From Trueperaceae bacterium (GTDB lineage: Bacteria > Deinococcota > Deinococci > Deinococcales > Trueperaceae): a stretch of 64,000 bases of DNA. Under the pieces are notes generated by a model, which was not told the origin of the DNA, ran no database searches, and saw only the letters and a list, made by a program, of their open reading frames with translations. Below are positions 63,181 to 64,000 of this stretch, one piece after another (the first letter of the stretch is position 1; the number at the start of each line of letters is the position of its first letter). The stretch covers positions 2,656,001 to 2,720,000 of the forward strand of contig CBDCDZ010000004.1 of assembly GCA_965215565.1 (NCBI GenBank), written 5' to 3'. Both the position numbers and the translations under genes were made by a program.

Positions 63181-63659
63181 TGAGCGATGAAACGCTCCGC
63201 GAAGAGGTCATCAAACTTTTGCGCGGGGCGCAGGCACACGTGACTTTAGAGCACGCCCTAGAGGACCTTAAACCGGAGTGGCGGGCGCACCGCCACCCCG
63301 GCCTCCACTCGATCTGGCAACTTCTGGAACACACGCGCGTGGCGCAAGAGGATATTTTGCGCTACACCACGGACCCGGCGTGGACGTCGCCTGAGTGGCC
63401 GGGCGAATACTGGCCTGAAAACCTCTCCTTTCTACCCGAAGAGACGTGGCAAGAGACCCGCAGGGGGTTTGAAAGCGGTTTAGACGAGGCGGTCGCGCTA
63501 GCACAGGACGCCGAACGCATTCCTGACCTGACCGCGAGCATCCCGCACGGCGAAGGGCGTACCTATTTGCGCCAACTCCTGCTCATCGCTGACCACAACG
63601 CCTATCATCTAGGGCAGATCGTCGCGGTCCGTAAGATGTTGGGACAGTGGCACGCTTAG
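63180..63659 (+). CDS. DinB family protein
   Basis: HSIWQLLEH, ADHNAYHLGQI. Confidence 0.88.
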   Translation: MSDETLREEVIKLLRGAQAHVTLEHALEDLKPEWRAHRHPGLHSIWQLLEHTRVAQEDILRYTTDPAWTSPEWPGEYWPENLSFLPEETWQETRRGFESGLDEAVALAQDAERIPDLTASIPHGEGRTYLRQLLLIADHNAYHLGQIVAVRKMLGQWHA

Positions 63660-63827
63660 CCGTCCAAAAAACAGCCCACAAGAACCGCATAGGGTCCTGT
63701 GGGCTCTAGCCCCCCGGCGAAGTACGGCAGTTGCGCCGTAGCTTCATTAAAGCAGATAACACCCTCTTGTACTAGTGATATAGGGCTCAGTTAAAGGGGT
63801 ACTCACGCATCATGCGTGCGCTTAGAT

Positions 63828-64000
63828 TCAGGCGCGGGGCGCTGCAGCAAGAAAAGTTGCTCCAAGAGGACGGTGCGCTGCCAGGGCTCGAGCCGCTCGT
63901 CGCGCCGCACGATGTAGCCAAGCTCCCGAAGCCGCGTCTCTAACTCTTTTTCTGAAAACTCCTTCGCCGATGCGGACTCCGCTGTGGGCCCTAGCGAAGC
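63828..64000 (-). CDS. 3' end of a probable CDS running off the window
   Basis: Open frame ...ELETRLRELGYIVRRDERLEPWQRTVLLEQLFLLQRPAP*. Confidence 0.45.
   Translation of the reverse strand, partial: FARAHSGVRIGEGVFRKRVRDAASGAWLHRAARRAARALAAHRPLGATFLAAAPRA

Overview
64 kb around the chromosomal origin of a Deinococcota bacterium. The assignment (Truepera/Deinococcus/Thermus-like) is inferred from NuoB/NuoG sequence style, the dnaA-oriC-dnaN layout and many leaderless genes. The core is dnaN-oriC-dnaA / mnmG-rsmG-parA-parB with three perfect parS sites, mdh, a complete nuoA-N operon, ndk, aspC, eno-pyk, mfd and rsmI. The most unusual region is ~780-4890. It holds six short (99-121 aa) minus-strand ORFs that appear to be divergent paralogs of one unrecognised family. 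Each has its own TAnnCT -10 box (with CCTC 11 nt upstream in five units), a 5'-terminal RNA hairpin 24-26 nt before the ATG (covarying in five units) and its own terminator. A TTGACCTCTTAGATTC-like motif recurs at five of the junctions. A HigBA toxin-antitoxin pair occupies one slot in the opposite orientation, between two palindromic sites with inverted 6-bp spacers. The array looks cassette-like, but no recombinase is visible in the window. Other observations: a dispersed 76-77 bp inverted-repeat element (7 copies), apparent strong over-representation of AAGAGGT and CTCGAG, an HNH nuclease gene between dnaA and oriC, loss of the N7 Fe-S ligands in NuoG, and a probable origin-spanning inversion separating dnaN from eno-pyk. 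All calls come from reading the sequence by eye; no database searches were run.
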